This document shows, one piece after another, positions 38,799 to 47,476 of a stretch of DNA of 64,000 bases. The notes beneath the pieces were generated by a model. The model worked only from the letters and a program-made list of their open reading frames with translations. It made no database searches and had not been told where the DNA came from. The position numbers and the translations under genes were made by a program. The stretch spans positions 2,133 to 66,132 of the forward strand of contig JAFGPK010000005.1 of the NCBI GenBank assembly GCA_016936235.1, in the 5' to 3' direction. Numbering within the stretch: the first letter of the stretch is position 1; every line of letters starts with the position of its first letter. Source of the stretch: Candidatus Fermentibacteraceae bacterium (GTDB lineage Bacteria; Fermentibacterota; Fermentibacteria; Fermentibacterales; JCC-6).

Positions 38799-41003
38799 AT
38801 GAGCAAGAAAGAGTACCTTGTGATAATAGAGTCACCTGCCAAGGCCAGAAGCCTGCGGGGCTACCTTGGAGAGGACTACGAGATAGTGGCTTCCAACGGT
38901 CACATCAGGGATCTTCCCAGGAATTATCTCGGCGTCAACGAAGAGGACGGGTTCAAACCCTCCTACACGATACTTCCTGAGAAAAGAAGGAAGGTTTCGG
39001 AACTCAAGAGGATATCCCGGGACTATAAGAGGATCTATCTCGCGGCTGACCCTGACAGGGAGGGCGAGGCTATCTGCTGGCACCTTTCCCAGATACTCGA
39101 CCGTGATGGCGTCGTCTTCAACCGGCTCAGGTTCAATGCCATCACAAGGGAGACTGTCCAGGGATCCCTGAACAGACCCAGCTCCATTGACATGCAGCTC
39201 GTGGACGCGCAGCAGGCCAGAAGGGTTATGGACAGGCTCGTGGGTTACAAGGTCTCATCCTGGCTGCAGAGGATAATGGGAAAGGGAAAGAGCGCCGGCC
39301 GGGTGCAGTCCGTCGCCCTGAGGATGATCCAGGAGAGAGAAGACAGGATAAGTGATTTCGTGCCGGTGGAATACTGGGTCCTGGAAGTGGTCTTCAACCG
39401 GGAAGGCAGAAGCTTCACCGCGTCGCTCCAGAGAATGGACGGAGTTCCCTGCTGCAGGCCGGGGAAGAGCCCGTGCAACAGGGGTGAGGCCGAAGAGGCC
39501 GCCGCAAGGGTAAGGGCTGCCGCAGACCGTTGGGCCATATCCGGGATCAAATCCAGGACCAGGGCCGTGAAGCCTCCCCCTCCCTTCATCACCAGCACGC
39601 TGCAGCAGGCGGCCTCCAGCCGGCTCTCCTTCTCTCCGGGAAGGACCATGACCCTTGCCCAGCAGCTCTACGAAGGCATCTCCATGGACATGGGCGAAAG
39701 GAAGGGGCTCATCACGTACATGCGTACGGATTCGGTGCGGATAAGCCCCGAAAGCCTGAACAGCTGCAGGGAGTACCTTGAGAAGAAGTACGGCCCCGGG
39801 GCTCTCACTCCCAGGGCGAGGCGTTACCGGAGTTCCAAAGGCTCACAGGACGCCCACGAGGCCATAAGACCCGTGGACGTTAATCTCGAACCGGACGATC
39901 TTGGGTCTTTCCTCACACCTGCACAGCTTTCCCTCTACCGTCTCATCTGGAACCGTTTCACGGCCACACAGCTTCAGGACGCGAAAGTAACATCGACCAC
40001 TGTCACAATAGCCGGAGACGGGATGGAATTCGAGGCGACGGGTGAAGTGATGACCCAGCGGGGTTTCTCGATCATCGATCCCTCTTTCATAAAAATAACG
40101 CAGGAACTTCCCGAGCTCACGAAGGGGGCGGTGGTTCCTGCGGAGCCCTCATTGGAGCAGAAGCACACCTCGCCGCCCTCGAGGTTCAACGAGGCCAGGC
40201 TGGTGGCGGAGATGAAGAAGGTGGGCATAGGAAGGCCCTCAACCTATGTGAGCACCATACAGACCCTGACCAAACGGCAGTACGTGGAGATGGAGGGCAG
40301 GTTCCTGAAGCCCACCGAGCTCGGGACCACGACGGTAAGGATACTGACAAGGATGTTCCCCCACATCTTCCAGATTGACTTCACCGCCAGGATGGAAGAC
40401 CTGCTGGATTCCATCGCAAGGGGGGAAGAGACCTATGAGAGCGTTCTGGAACAGCTCAGCGTACCGCTGGAGGCCTCACTGGCGGACGCCAACAGGAACA
40501 CCGACAGGTTCAGGGATGAACTTGAGGAGGATACGGGAGAACAGTGTCCGGAGTGCGGCTCTCCGATGATAATCCGCTGGGGCAGGTACGGGAAGTTCAA
40601 GGCATGTACTGCTTTCCCGTCATGCAGGTTCTCCATGCCGCTGGAGGAGGAGGCGGAAGCCGGCTACTCCGGAAGAGACTGCCCTCTTTGCGGGGGCAGG
40701 CTCCTTATCAAAACGGGCAGGTTCGGAAGATACCTCGGCTGCGGGAACCATCCCGCGTGCAGGCACACTGAGCCTGTTCCCACAGGGGTGTCGTGTCCCG
40801 AGGAGGGCTGCGGCGGCGAGCTTGTTGAGAAGAGGACGGGGAAGAGGAGGATATTCTTCGGGTGCAGCCGCTATCCTGCATGTAAATACGCTCTGTGGAA
40901 CAGACCCGTGGACATTGTCTGTCCCCGGTGCGGCTTCCCCCTTCTGGAACAGAGAAAGAAAGGTGTCTGGTGTCCCAGGTGCAAGAAGAAGATATCGGAC
41001 TGA
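38799..41003 (+). CDS. topA: DNA topoisomerase I
   Basis: IESPAKA, ADPDREGEAI, SAGRVQS, catalytic LITYMRTDS, GIGRPSTY, C-terminal zinc ribbons. Confidence 0.98.
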   Translation: MSKKEYLVIIESPAKARSLRGYLGEDYEIVASNGHIRDLPRNYLGVNEEDGFKPSYTILPEKRRKVSELKRISRDYKRIYLAADPDREGEAICWHLSQILDRDGVVFNRLRFNAITRETVQGSLNRPSSIDMQLVDAQQARRVMDRLVGYKVSSWLQRIMGKGKSAGRVQSVALRMIQEREDRISDFVPVEYWVLEVVFNREGRSFTASLQRMDGVPCCRPGKSPCNRGEAEEAAARVRAAADRWAISGIKSRTRAVKPPPPFITSTLQQAASSRLSFSPGRTMTLAQQLYEGISMDMGERKGLITYMRTDSVRISPESLNSCREYLEKKYGPGALTPRARRYRSSKGSQDAHEAIRPVDVNLEPDDLGSFLTPAQLSLYRLIWNRFTATQLQDAKVTSTTVTIAGDGMEFEATGEVMTQRGFSIIDPSFIKITQELPELTKGAVVPAEPSLEQKHTSPPSRFNEARLVAEMKKVGIGRPSTYVSTIQTLTKRQYVEMEGRFLKPTELGTTTVRILTRMFPHIFQIDFTARMEDLLDSIARGEETYESVLEQLSVPLEASLADANRNTDRFRDELEEDTGEQCPECGSPMIIRWGRYGKFKACTAFPSCRFSMPLEEEAEAGYSGRDCPLCGGRLLIKTGRFGRYLGCGNHPACRHTEPVPTGVSCPEEGCGGELVEKRTGKRRIFFGCSRYPACKYALWNRPVDIVCPRCGFPLLEQRKKGVWCPRCKKKISD

Positions 41004-41881
41004 TAGAGGATTTCTGCATGGACCTCAGACATGGCAGGAAATTCTCCGAGAACACGATCCGGGCATACAGGGCGGACATGTACAGGTTCTTCCGCCACCA
41101 GCACTCCCGGAACCTGCTGGACGGTTTCACGGTGAACGAGATAAGGGGCTTCATGAGGAACGAGACAGCAAGGGGTATCGATTCAAGGTCCCTCTCGCGG
41201 GAGCTTTCCACACTGCGCACCTTCGGGAACTGGCTCATGGAGACCGGCAGATCGCCGAAGAACCCGGCCCGGCTCGTGGCGATGCCAAGGAGCAGAGCGG
41301 GCCTGCCCGGCTTTCTCAGCGTAGCCGAGGTGCGGCGCGTGCTCGATACCTACGACGGGTCCGCGGTTCTCGATATCCGGAACCGGGCCGTTGTGGAGAT
41401 CCTTTACGGAGCGGGACTGAGGGCGGCTGAAACGGTATCCATAACCCTGTCCGGACTTGATACTTCGGAGCGGCAGGTCTCGGTAACGGGCAAGGGGGAC
41501 AGGGAGAGGATAGTACCGCTTCCGGAACCCACGTGCCGTTACCTGGATAGATGGCTCGGCAGGAGAGGGGAGTTGCTGACCGGGGGGCGCGCGGATCCGG
41601 GAACCGTATTCGTGAGCGCAAGGGGGCGAAAGCCTGACCCGAGAGATATCCGGCGTATTGTTGCATGCGGAGTGAGCAAAGCTGCCCGGGCGGCTGGGGC
41701 GACTCCCCATACCTTCCGGCACAGCTTCGCCACGCATCTGCTGGACAATGGAGCTGACCTGAGGGCGGTCCAGGACATGCTGGGACACGCGAGTCTCTCC
41801 ACCACGCAGATATATACGCATCTGACAATGGAAAGGCTCAGGAAGGCGTACAGAAAAGCACATCCCAGGGGGAAAGAGTGA
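40970..41881 (+). CDS. xerC: tyrosine recombinase XerC
   Basis: GLRAAE, GKGDRER, HTFRHSFATH, LGHASLSTTQIY, Y..AHPR; topA..hslVU context; start estimated. Confidence 0.88.
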   Translation: MSQVQEEDIGLIEDFCMDLRHGRKFSENTIRAYRADMYRFFRHQHSRNLLDGFTVNEIRGFMRNETARGIDSRSLSRELSTLRTFGNWLMETGRSPKNPARLVAMPRSRAGLPGFLSVAEVRRVLDTYDGSAVLDIRNRAVVEILYGAGLRAAETVSITLSGLDTSERQVSVTGKGDRERIVPLPEPTCRYLDRWLGRRGELLTGGRADPGTVFVSARGRKPDPRDIRRIVACGVSKAARAAGATPHTFRHSFATHLLDNGADLRAVQDMLGHASLSTTQIYTHLTMERLRKAYRKAHPRGKE

Positions 41882-44800
41882 CAGATCATACGATTGAAGC
41901 CAGAAGGATCCGGACCGACAGGATAATCGCCACAGCGATAGGCCTGGTTGCATTGCTCGCTTATCTGGTCACACTTGCGCCCAGTGTCAGCTTCTGGGAC
42001 AGCGGGGAGTACATCACGGCTTCCTGGACGGCCGGTGTTCCCCATCCGCCCGGAGTTCCCCTGTTCGTGCTGCTGGGAAGATTCAGCACCATACTCTTCT
42101 CTTTCCTTCCCGCCGTCGCTGCTCGTACGAACCTTCTCTGCGCGCTTGCGGGTGCATCCACCGTCGCCCTTCTGGCAAGACTCGTTCAGAGATGGGGCAA
42201 CAGGATGGGCTTCAACCCGTCATGGTACAGGCCGATGTCGGTCCTGTCGGGTCTCATCGCGGCCTTCAGCTACTCCGTATGGCGCAACAGCAACGGTACC
42301 GAGACCTACGCCACGGCCCTGCTGCTGACATTCATAATCATGTGGTCCTTTGACTGCTGGATAGAGAAATACGCGGAAAAGGAACACAGGAAGGGCAGAC
42401 AGGACCACGGCGGCTGGGGAGAAGCCAGGTACCTGCTGCTGATCTCCTACCTGATCATCCTGGCCGTGGCAAACCACGGAAGCGTCCCCTTCGTTACTGG
42501 TCCCCCTGTACTGATGATGTACCTCATTTACGCCTTCAGGCGAAAGACCGACATATGGAAGCGTTCCTGGTTCATACTGACCATTCTGGGCCTTGTGGTC
42601 CTCGCTTTCAGCATTCACCTCTACATGCCCCTGCGGGCGGTGCAGAGACCGGAAATAAACGAGACGGATTCCAGGCACTGGGAGGACTTCGAGAAAGCTT
42701 TCACCAGGGAGCAGTACGGGAGGACCTCCGTACTCGACCGAAAGGGTCCCTTCCTGGATCAGATGAAGCTCTATATGGAATACCTGTCCTGGCAGTCGGG
42801 CAGGGTGAATTCGGGATGGGACCGTCTGCTCGGCGACACCGCCGGGGCCGCGGCGGCCATGGTGATGAGGATACTCCTGATATTCGGAGCGATCTACGGA
42901 CTGGTGGTCCTGGGGATGAAGAGGCCCAAACTGCTTCTTTACCTCGGCCTGCTCTTCGTGATGTCTTCCATCCTTTTCATCTTCTTCATCCTGAATTTCA
43001 AGACCGGACCGGAGGGAACGCCTCTGGGCGAGGTGAGGGAGCGCGATTATTTCTTCGGCGCCTCCTTCGCGCTCTTTGCGGTATTCTCCGGGATCGGTCT
43101 GGTTTCCGTGTTCAGGGACTTCCTCTCGGAGAAGTCCAGGCTGGCATGGCTGACCCTTGCCGTTCCGGTGGTCATGTTCACCGTTAACCATCACAGGTGC
43201 GACCGATCGCATTCGTATTTCGCAAGGGACTACGGGATCAACCTTCTCGAGAGCTGTCCCGAGAACGCAGTTCTGATAACCAACGGCGACAATGACACGT
43301 TCCCCCTCTGGTTCGCCCAGGGCGTACTTGGCGTTCGGCGGGACGTCATTGTCAGCAACCTGAGCCTGATGAACACCAACTGGTACGTCCAGCAGCTGGT
43401 GGAGAAGGATCCCCTGCTGCTTGACTACGACGATTACGGACTTGTGGACTCCCTTCGTCCCATTTACATCTGGGGACCTCATCACTTCCATGTGGAAAGA
43501 CATGGCATGCCGGCTTCATCACCCGTTGACGGGGAGATACTGCGGGTCACGTTCACTCAGCCCTGGCCCTGGGCCATTACCAGCGGCTCCATGGCGGTCG
43601 CCATGCCGACAGAGGGCATAGCGAACCAGGGAGTGCTCACCATGCAGGACCTGGTGCTCCTGAACATGATCAAGAACAGGCCCATCCACGGCAGGGACAT
43701 CTATTTCGCCGGTACAGTGGCAGTTGAGAGCAGGCAGTTCCTGGAACCCTACCAGCAGATGGAGGGAATCGCCTTCAGGATCACGGACAGACCCATGGTC
43801 GACGCGGTGAACGGGACCAGGGGCTGGCGGCTGATGGACAACTACAGCTTCGAGGGGGTGGATGACCCTTCCATCTACAAGTGCGACCAGGCGGTGCAGC
43901 TGCTTAAGAACTATGTTTCTGCGTTTCATAGACTTGCGTACCATTATCTGGACAGGGGCCGGCCGGACAGTGTACAGATGGCCCTTGACCGCTCCCGGGA
44001 GCTCTTCGTGACACTTCCCGATGAATGGGCCGAGGTCCTTCCCTCCAGGGCGATGATAGTAGGCAAGCTGGTCGACGGTCTGAGCGGACCAGCAGCGGCA
44101 TCCGACACTCTTCAGGCCCTGGCTGACCAGGCACTCGATGCGGCCAGGAGACTGGGGGACCAGAATCTCGCGGGCCTGGCCATTACCCTGTCGAACCTCG
44201 CCACAGGCACCGACGGAACTCTGGGCTACAGGCAGGAGATGGAGTACAGACAGCTCTTCGACAGGCTGGACGACGGAAGCGTCCAGTTCGCCTGGATGAG
44301 GGTGGAGGTCGCCCTGCTCTTCTCCGACTACATCGGAGCGTGGATAATCGTGGATGACATGGACAAGGCCGCCGACAGCGTCTCAGCCAGGCTGGCGGAG
44401 CTCGCATCCGGTTCACTCCGCAGAACCCTTGACACGTCGCCGGTAGGGTACAGGGTCAACGTTAGGGAAACGGGTCTTTCGATACTGTTCGAGTCCATCG
44501 ACCCTGCCTCGGTTGATGAGATCAGTCTGAACGGCGATGTAGACGGCGGATGGATGATGAGGGAGATGATCAGGCTCGCGTCAAACGGTCATATCGTGTC
44601 GGCCGTCTCCGCGGGCCTGGTACTGTCCGAGCATCTGGATGACCGGTACCAGGCGGCCATGGTCAGGGACCTGGCTTTGACAATGCTGAACGAGAGCCCC
44701 GAGGAGACACTGCGGTGGTCCCTGTGGTTCATGACCGAGCAGAACAGGGTGAGCCCCGAGGCGATGGCCTACATGGCTGCCAGGGGAGGAAGATACGGGA

Positions 44801-44955
44801 TGATGTACGCAGCCCTCCAGGGCGGCGAAGAAGCTACACCTGCGCAGCTGGAGCTCCTGCTTCGTGATCCTTCCGGCTACGCGGCTGGCGTACCCGAACC
44901 CGGGGAGGGTTCGGGGAACTATTCCTGGGTCAACAAGCTGGAAGAGGGTTCATGA
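41878..44955 (+). CDS. DUF2723 / TMEM260-like membrane glycosyltransferase with long helical C-terminal region
   Basis: SFWDSGEY, GVPHPPG.PLF, E.Y, REQYG, EVRERDYFF, TNGDNDTFPLW, LSL.NT.WY. Confidence 0.85.
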   Translation: MTDHTIEARRIRTDRIIATAIGLVALLAYLVTLAPSVSFWDSGEYITASWTAGVPHPPGVPLFVLLGRFSTILFSFLPAVAARTNLLCALAGASTVALLARLVQRWGNRMGFNPSWYRPMSVLSGLIAAFSYSVWRNSNGTETYATALLLTFIIMWSFDCWIEKYAEKEHRKGRQDHGGWGEARYLLLISYLIILAVANHGSVPFVTGPPVLMMYLIYAFRRKTDIWKRSWFILTILGLVVLAFSIHLYMPLRAVQRPEINETDSRHWEDFEKAFTREQYGRTSVLDRKGPFLDQMKLYMEYLSWQSGRVNSGWDRLLGDTAGAAAAMVMRILLIFGAIYGLVVLGMKRPKLLLYLGLLFVMSSILFIFFILNFKTGPEGTPLGEVRERDYFFGASFALFAVFSGIGLVSVFRDFLSEKSRLAWLTLAVPVVMFTVNHHRCDRSHSYFARDYGINLLESCPENAVLITNGDNDTFPLWFAQGVLGVRRDVIVSNLSLMNTNWYVQQLVEKDPLLLDYDDYGLVDSLRPIYIWGPHHFHVERHGMPASSPVDGEILRVTFTQPWPWAITSGSMAVAMPTEGIANQGVLTMQDLVLLNMIKNRPIHGRDIYFAGTVAVESRQFLEPYQQMEGIAFRITDRPMVDAVNGTRGWRLMDNYSFEGVDDPSIYKCDQAVQLLKNYVSAFHRLAYHYLDRGRPDSVQMALDRSRELFVTLPDEWAEVLPSRAMIVGKLVDGLSGPAAASDTLQALADQALDAARRLGDQNLAGLAITLSNLATGTDGTLGYRQEMEYRQLFDRLDDGSVQFAWMRVEVALLFSDYIGAWIIVDDMDKAADSVSARLAELASGSLRRTLDTSPVGYRVNVRETGLSILFESIDPASVDEISLNGDVDGGWMMREMIRLASNGHIVSAVSAGLVLSEHLDDRYQAAMVRDLALTMLNESPEETLRWSLWFMTEQNRVSPEAMAYMAARGGRYGMMYAALQGGEEATPAQLELLLRDPSGYAAGVPEPGEGSGNYSWVNKLEEGS

Positions 44956-45509
44956 TGGACACGGACCTGAAGCACCTCATGATCCGGTCGACCACTGTCG
45001 TAGGAATAGTCAGGGACGGCAAGGCCGCCATGGCGGCCGACGGTCAGGTCACCCTTGGGGAGACCGTCCTCAAGAGGTCCGCCCGGAAGATACGCAGGCT
45101 CTATTCGGATACGGTGCTGGTGGGATTCTCCGGTACCGGCGCCGACGCCTTCGCGCTTGTTGAAAGACTGGAGGAGAAGCTCGAGACCGCAAGGGGAAAC
45201 CTGCCCAGGGCCGCGGTGGATCTCGCCAGGGAGTGGAGGACCGACAAGTACCTGAGGGAACTCCAGGCTCTGATAGCTGCCGTGGACAGGGAGCACGCCC
45301 TTCTCATAGGCGGATCCGGCGAAATAGTGGAGTCCGAAGACGGGATAGTGTCAGTCGGCTCCGGTCAGCCCTATGCGATAGCCGCGGCGAGGGCGCTTGA
45401 CGCGCATACACGAATGGGACCCGCGAGGATAGCCCTTGAAAGCATCAGGATCGCGTCGGGCATATGCATCTACACCGGCGGTGACATTCAGCTTGAGGAG
45501 CTTGACTGA
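44952..45509 (+). CDS. hslV: ATP-dependent protease subunit HslV
   Basis: STTVVG, ADGQVTLG, GFSG..ADA, WRTDK.LR.L, GSG, ICIYT. Confidence 0.96.
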   Translation: MMDTDLKHLMIRSTTVVGIVRDGKAAMAADGQVTLGETVLKRSARKIRRLYSDTVLVGFSGTGADAFALVERLEEKLETARGNLPRAAVDLAREWRTDKYLRELQALIAAVDREHALLIGGSGEIVESEDGIVSVGSGQPYAIAAARALDAHTRMGPARIALESIRIASGICIYTGGDIQLEELD

Positions 45510-46822
45510 TGGACAGGGAGCTGACTCCCGCTCAGATAGTCAAATGGCTGGACCGGCACGTGATCGGTCAGGACCAGGCCAAACGGGCCGTGGCCATTGC
45601 TCTCCGCAACCGCTACCGCAGGCGTCACGCCGACAGGGAGATAAGGTCCGAAATATACCCGAGCAATCTCATAATGATGGGGCCCACCGGGATAGGGAAG
45701 ACCGAGATCGCCAGGCGACTGGCGAACCTCACAGGAGCGCCCTTCGTGAAGGTGGAGGCCACGAAGTACACGGAGACCGGCTATGTAGGCAGGGACGTTG
45801 AATCAATGGTCAGGGCCCTTGTCCGTCAGGCTGTCAACATCGAGGCTGAGAAAGAGAGAAGGGACCGAAAGGAACAGGTGGACAGGGTGGTCAACGGGAA
45901 GCTCGTGGACGCTCTGAAGAACTCGGGTTACGATTCCATGGCAGAGGGTGAGCTTCTGAGCATGCTGGAGACCTCCGCCCTGGAGGACACCCAGATCGAG
46001 ATGATGCTGCCCGATCAGCTGCCGCAGATGGAGATAATGCCCCTGGTTCCCGGGGACGGGTTCGACAACCCTGCCGGGGAGAACATTAAGAAACTCATGC
46101 AGAAGATGATAGGGGGCAGGAGGAAAAGAACGAAGCTTGCCGTGTCCGAAGCCAGGGAGAGGCTGAGGGAAGATGAACTGGGCAGGCTCCTCGAGGGAAG
46201 CGATCACATAGCGAGGGGCATGAACCTTGCCCAGGAAGAGGGTATAATATTCATAGACGAGATAGACAAGATCATCGGTATCAGCGAGAGCAAGGGTCCC
46301 GAGGTTTCCAGGGCCGGCGTCCAGAGGGACCTGCTGCCCATAGTTGAAGGCTGCACGGTCCCGACGAGGTACGGCCCTGTGGTGACGGACCACATACTGT
46401 TCATAGCCGCCGGCGCCTTTCACGGATCCAGCCCCGCCGACCTGATACCCGAGCTTCAGGGAAGATTCCCCATGAGGGTCGAACTTGCGCCGCTCTCGGA
46501 GGACGACCTGTTCAGGATACTGACAGAGCCGGAGAACTCTCTTCTCAGGCAGTATACGGCACTGCTCAAGGCGGACGGGGTAGACATCAGACTCAGTCCT
46601 AAGGCCGCCCGTGAAGTAGCGAGAGTGGCAAACCACCTTAACGAGGAGACGGAAGACATAGGCGCGAGGAGACTCAGACCCGTCCTGAGCTATCTCCTGG
46701 ACGAGCAGCTGTTCGGCGCGCCTGACCTTGTACGGGGCACCGTGACCATCTCCGGCTCGGCTGCCTCGTCGATACTTCTTGACCTTGCTGACCGAAGAGA
46801 AGATGGTAATTATATACTGTAA
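45509..46822 (+). CDS. hslU: ATP-dependent protease ATPase subunit HslU
   Basis: GPTGIGKTEIARRLA, GYVGRDVES, FIDEIDK, VQRDLLP, GARRL, C-terminal YIL. Confidence 0.97.
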   Translation: MDRELTPAQIVKWLDRHVIGQDQAKRAVAIALRNRYRRRHADREIRSEIYPSNLIMMGPTGIGKTEIARRLANLTGAPFVKVEATKYTETGYVGRDVESMVRALVRQAVNIEAEKERRDRKEQVDRVVNGKLVDALKNSGYDSMAEGELLSMLETSALEDTQIEMMLPDQLPQMEIMPLVPGDGFDNPAGENIKKLMQKMIGGRRKRTKLAVSEARERLREDELGRLLEGSDHIARGMNLAQEEGIIFIDEIDKIIGISESKGPEVSRAGVQRDLLPIVEGCTVPTRYGPVVTDHILFIAAGAFHGSSPADLIPELQGRFPMRVELAPLSEDDLFRILTEPENSLLRQYTALLKADGVDIRLSPKAAREVARVANHLNEETEDIGARRLRPVLSYLLDEQLFGAPDLVRGTVTISGSAASSILLDLADRREDGNYIL

Positions 46823-46851
46823 GATTCCCAGGCACTCTGAAAAGGGGATAA

Positions 46852-47433
46852 ATGCACAGATCTGTCAATGAGGTTGCGTACAAGATAGTCTATTACGGCC
46901 CCGGGCTCTCCGGAAAGACGACTAACCTCAAGAGGGTGCGGGACCTGATAGCTCCGGAGCACAGGGGCAGACTGGTCACTCTGTGTACGAGAGGTGAAAG
47001 GACCGTCTTCTTCGACTTCCTTCCCATAAATTTCGCCTCCATAGGTAACGACAGGGTCAGGCTGCATCTTTATTCGGTTCCGGGGCAGGCCTATTACTCC
47101 CTCAGCAGGAAGGTCATACTCGACGGGGTCGACGGCATAATCTTCGTGGCCGACAGCCAGGGCGAGAGAATGGATGCCAATGTTGACAGCCTCGAGGACC
47201 TCGAGAACAACCTTGAATCCTACGGTCTCAAACTGTCCGATGTCCCGTCGGTGCTTCAGTTCAACAAGCGCGACCTTCCTTCCATTGCCTCCACCGAGCA
47301 TATGGAGGAACTGCTGAACCGCTACCGGTGGCCTTCCATCGAATCCGTCGCCATAGGCGGAAGCGGTCCCATTGAAACACTGAAGATAATGTCGGTGATA
47401 ATAGCGAAGCAGCACGCGGGACTCCTGTCCTGA
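46852..47433 (+). CDS. mglA: MglA-family small Ras-like GTPase (copy 2)
   Basis: KIVYYGPGLSGKTTNL, ERTVFFDFLP, LYSVPGQ, GVDG..FVADSQ, QFNKRDLP. Confidence 0.9.
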   Translation: MHRSVNEVAYKIVYYGPGLSGKTTNLKRVRDLIAPEHRGRLVTLCTRGERTVFFDFLPINFASIGNDRVRLHLYSVPGQAYYSLSRKVILDGVDGIIFVADSQGERMDANVDSLEDLENNLESYGLKLSDVPSVLQFNKRDLPSIASTEHMEELLNRYRWPSIESVAIGGSGPIETLKIMSVIIAKQHAGLLS

Positions 47434-47476
47434 CAGGGCGGCCCCGCCGGGCATACTTCCTTCTTGGAGAGACCTA

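Noticed and set aside
40970-41881. Tyrosine recombinase as a phage or island integrase
   Set aside because: It has the XerC-type C-terminus and the housekeeping topA/hslVU context, with no att repeats or cargo genes.
44952-44993. N-terminal extension before the HslV catalytic Thr
   Set aside because: Short propeptides are common in HslV/CodW proteins.
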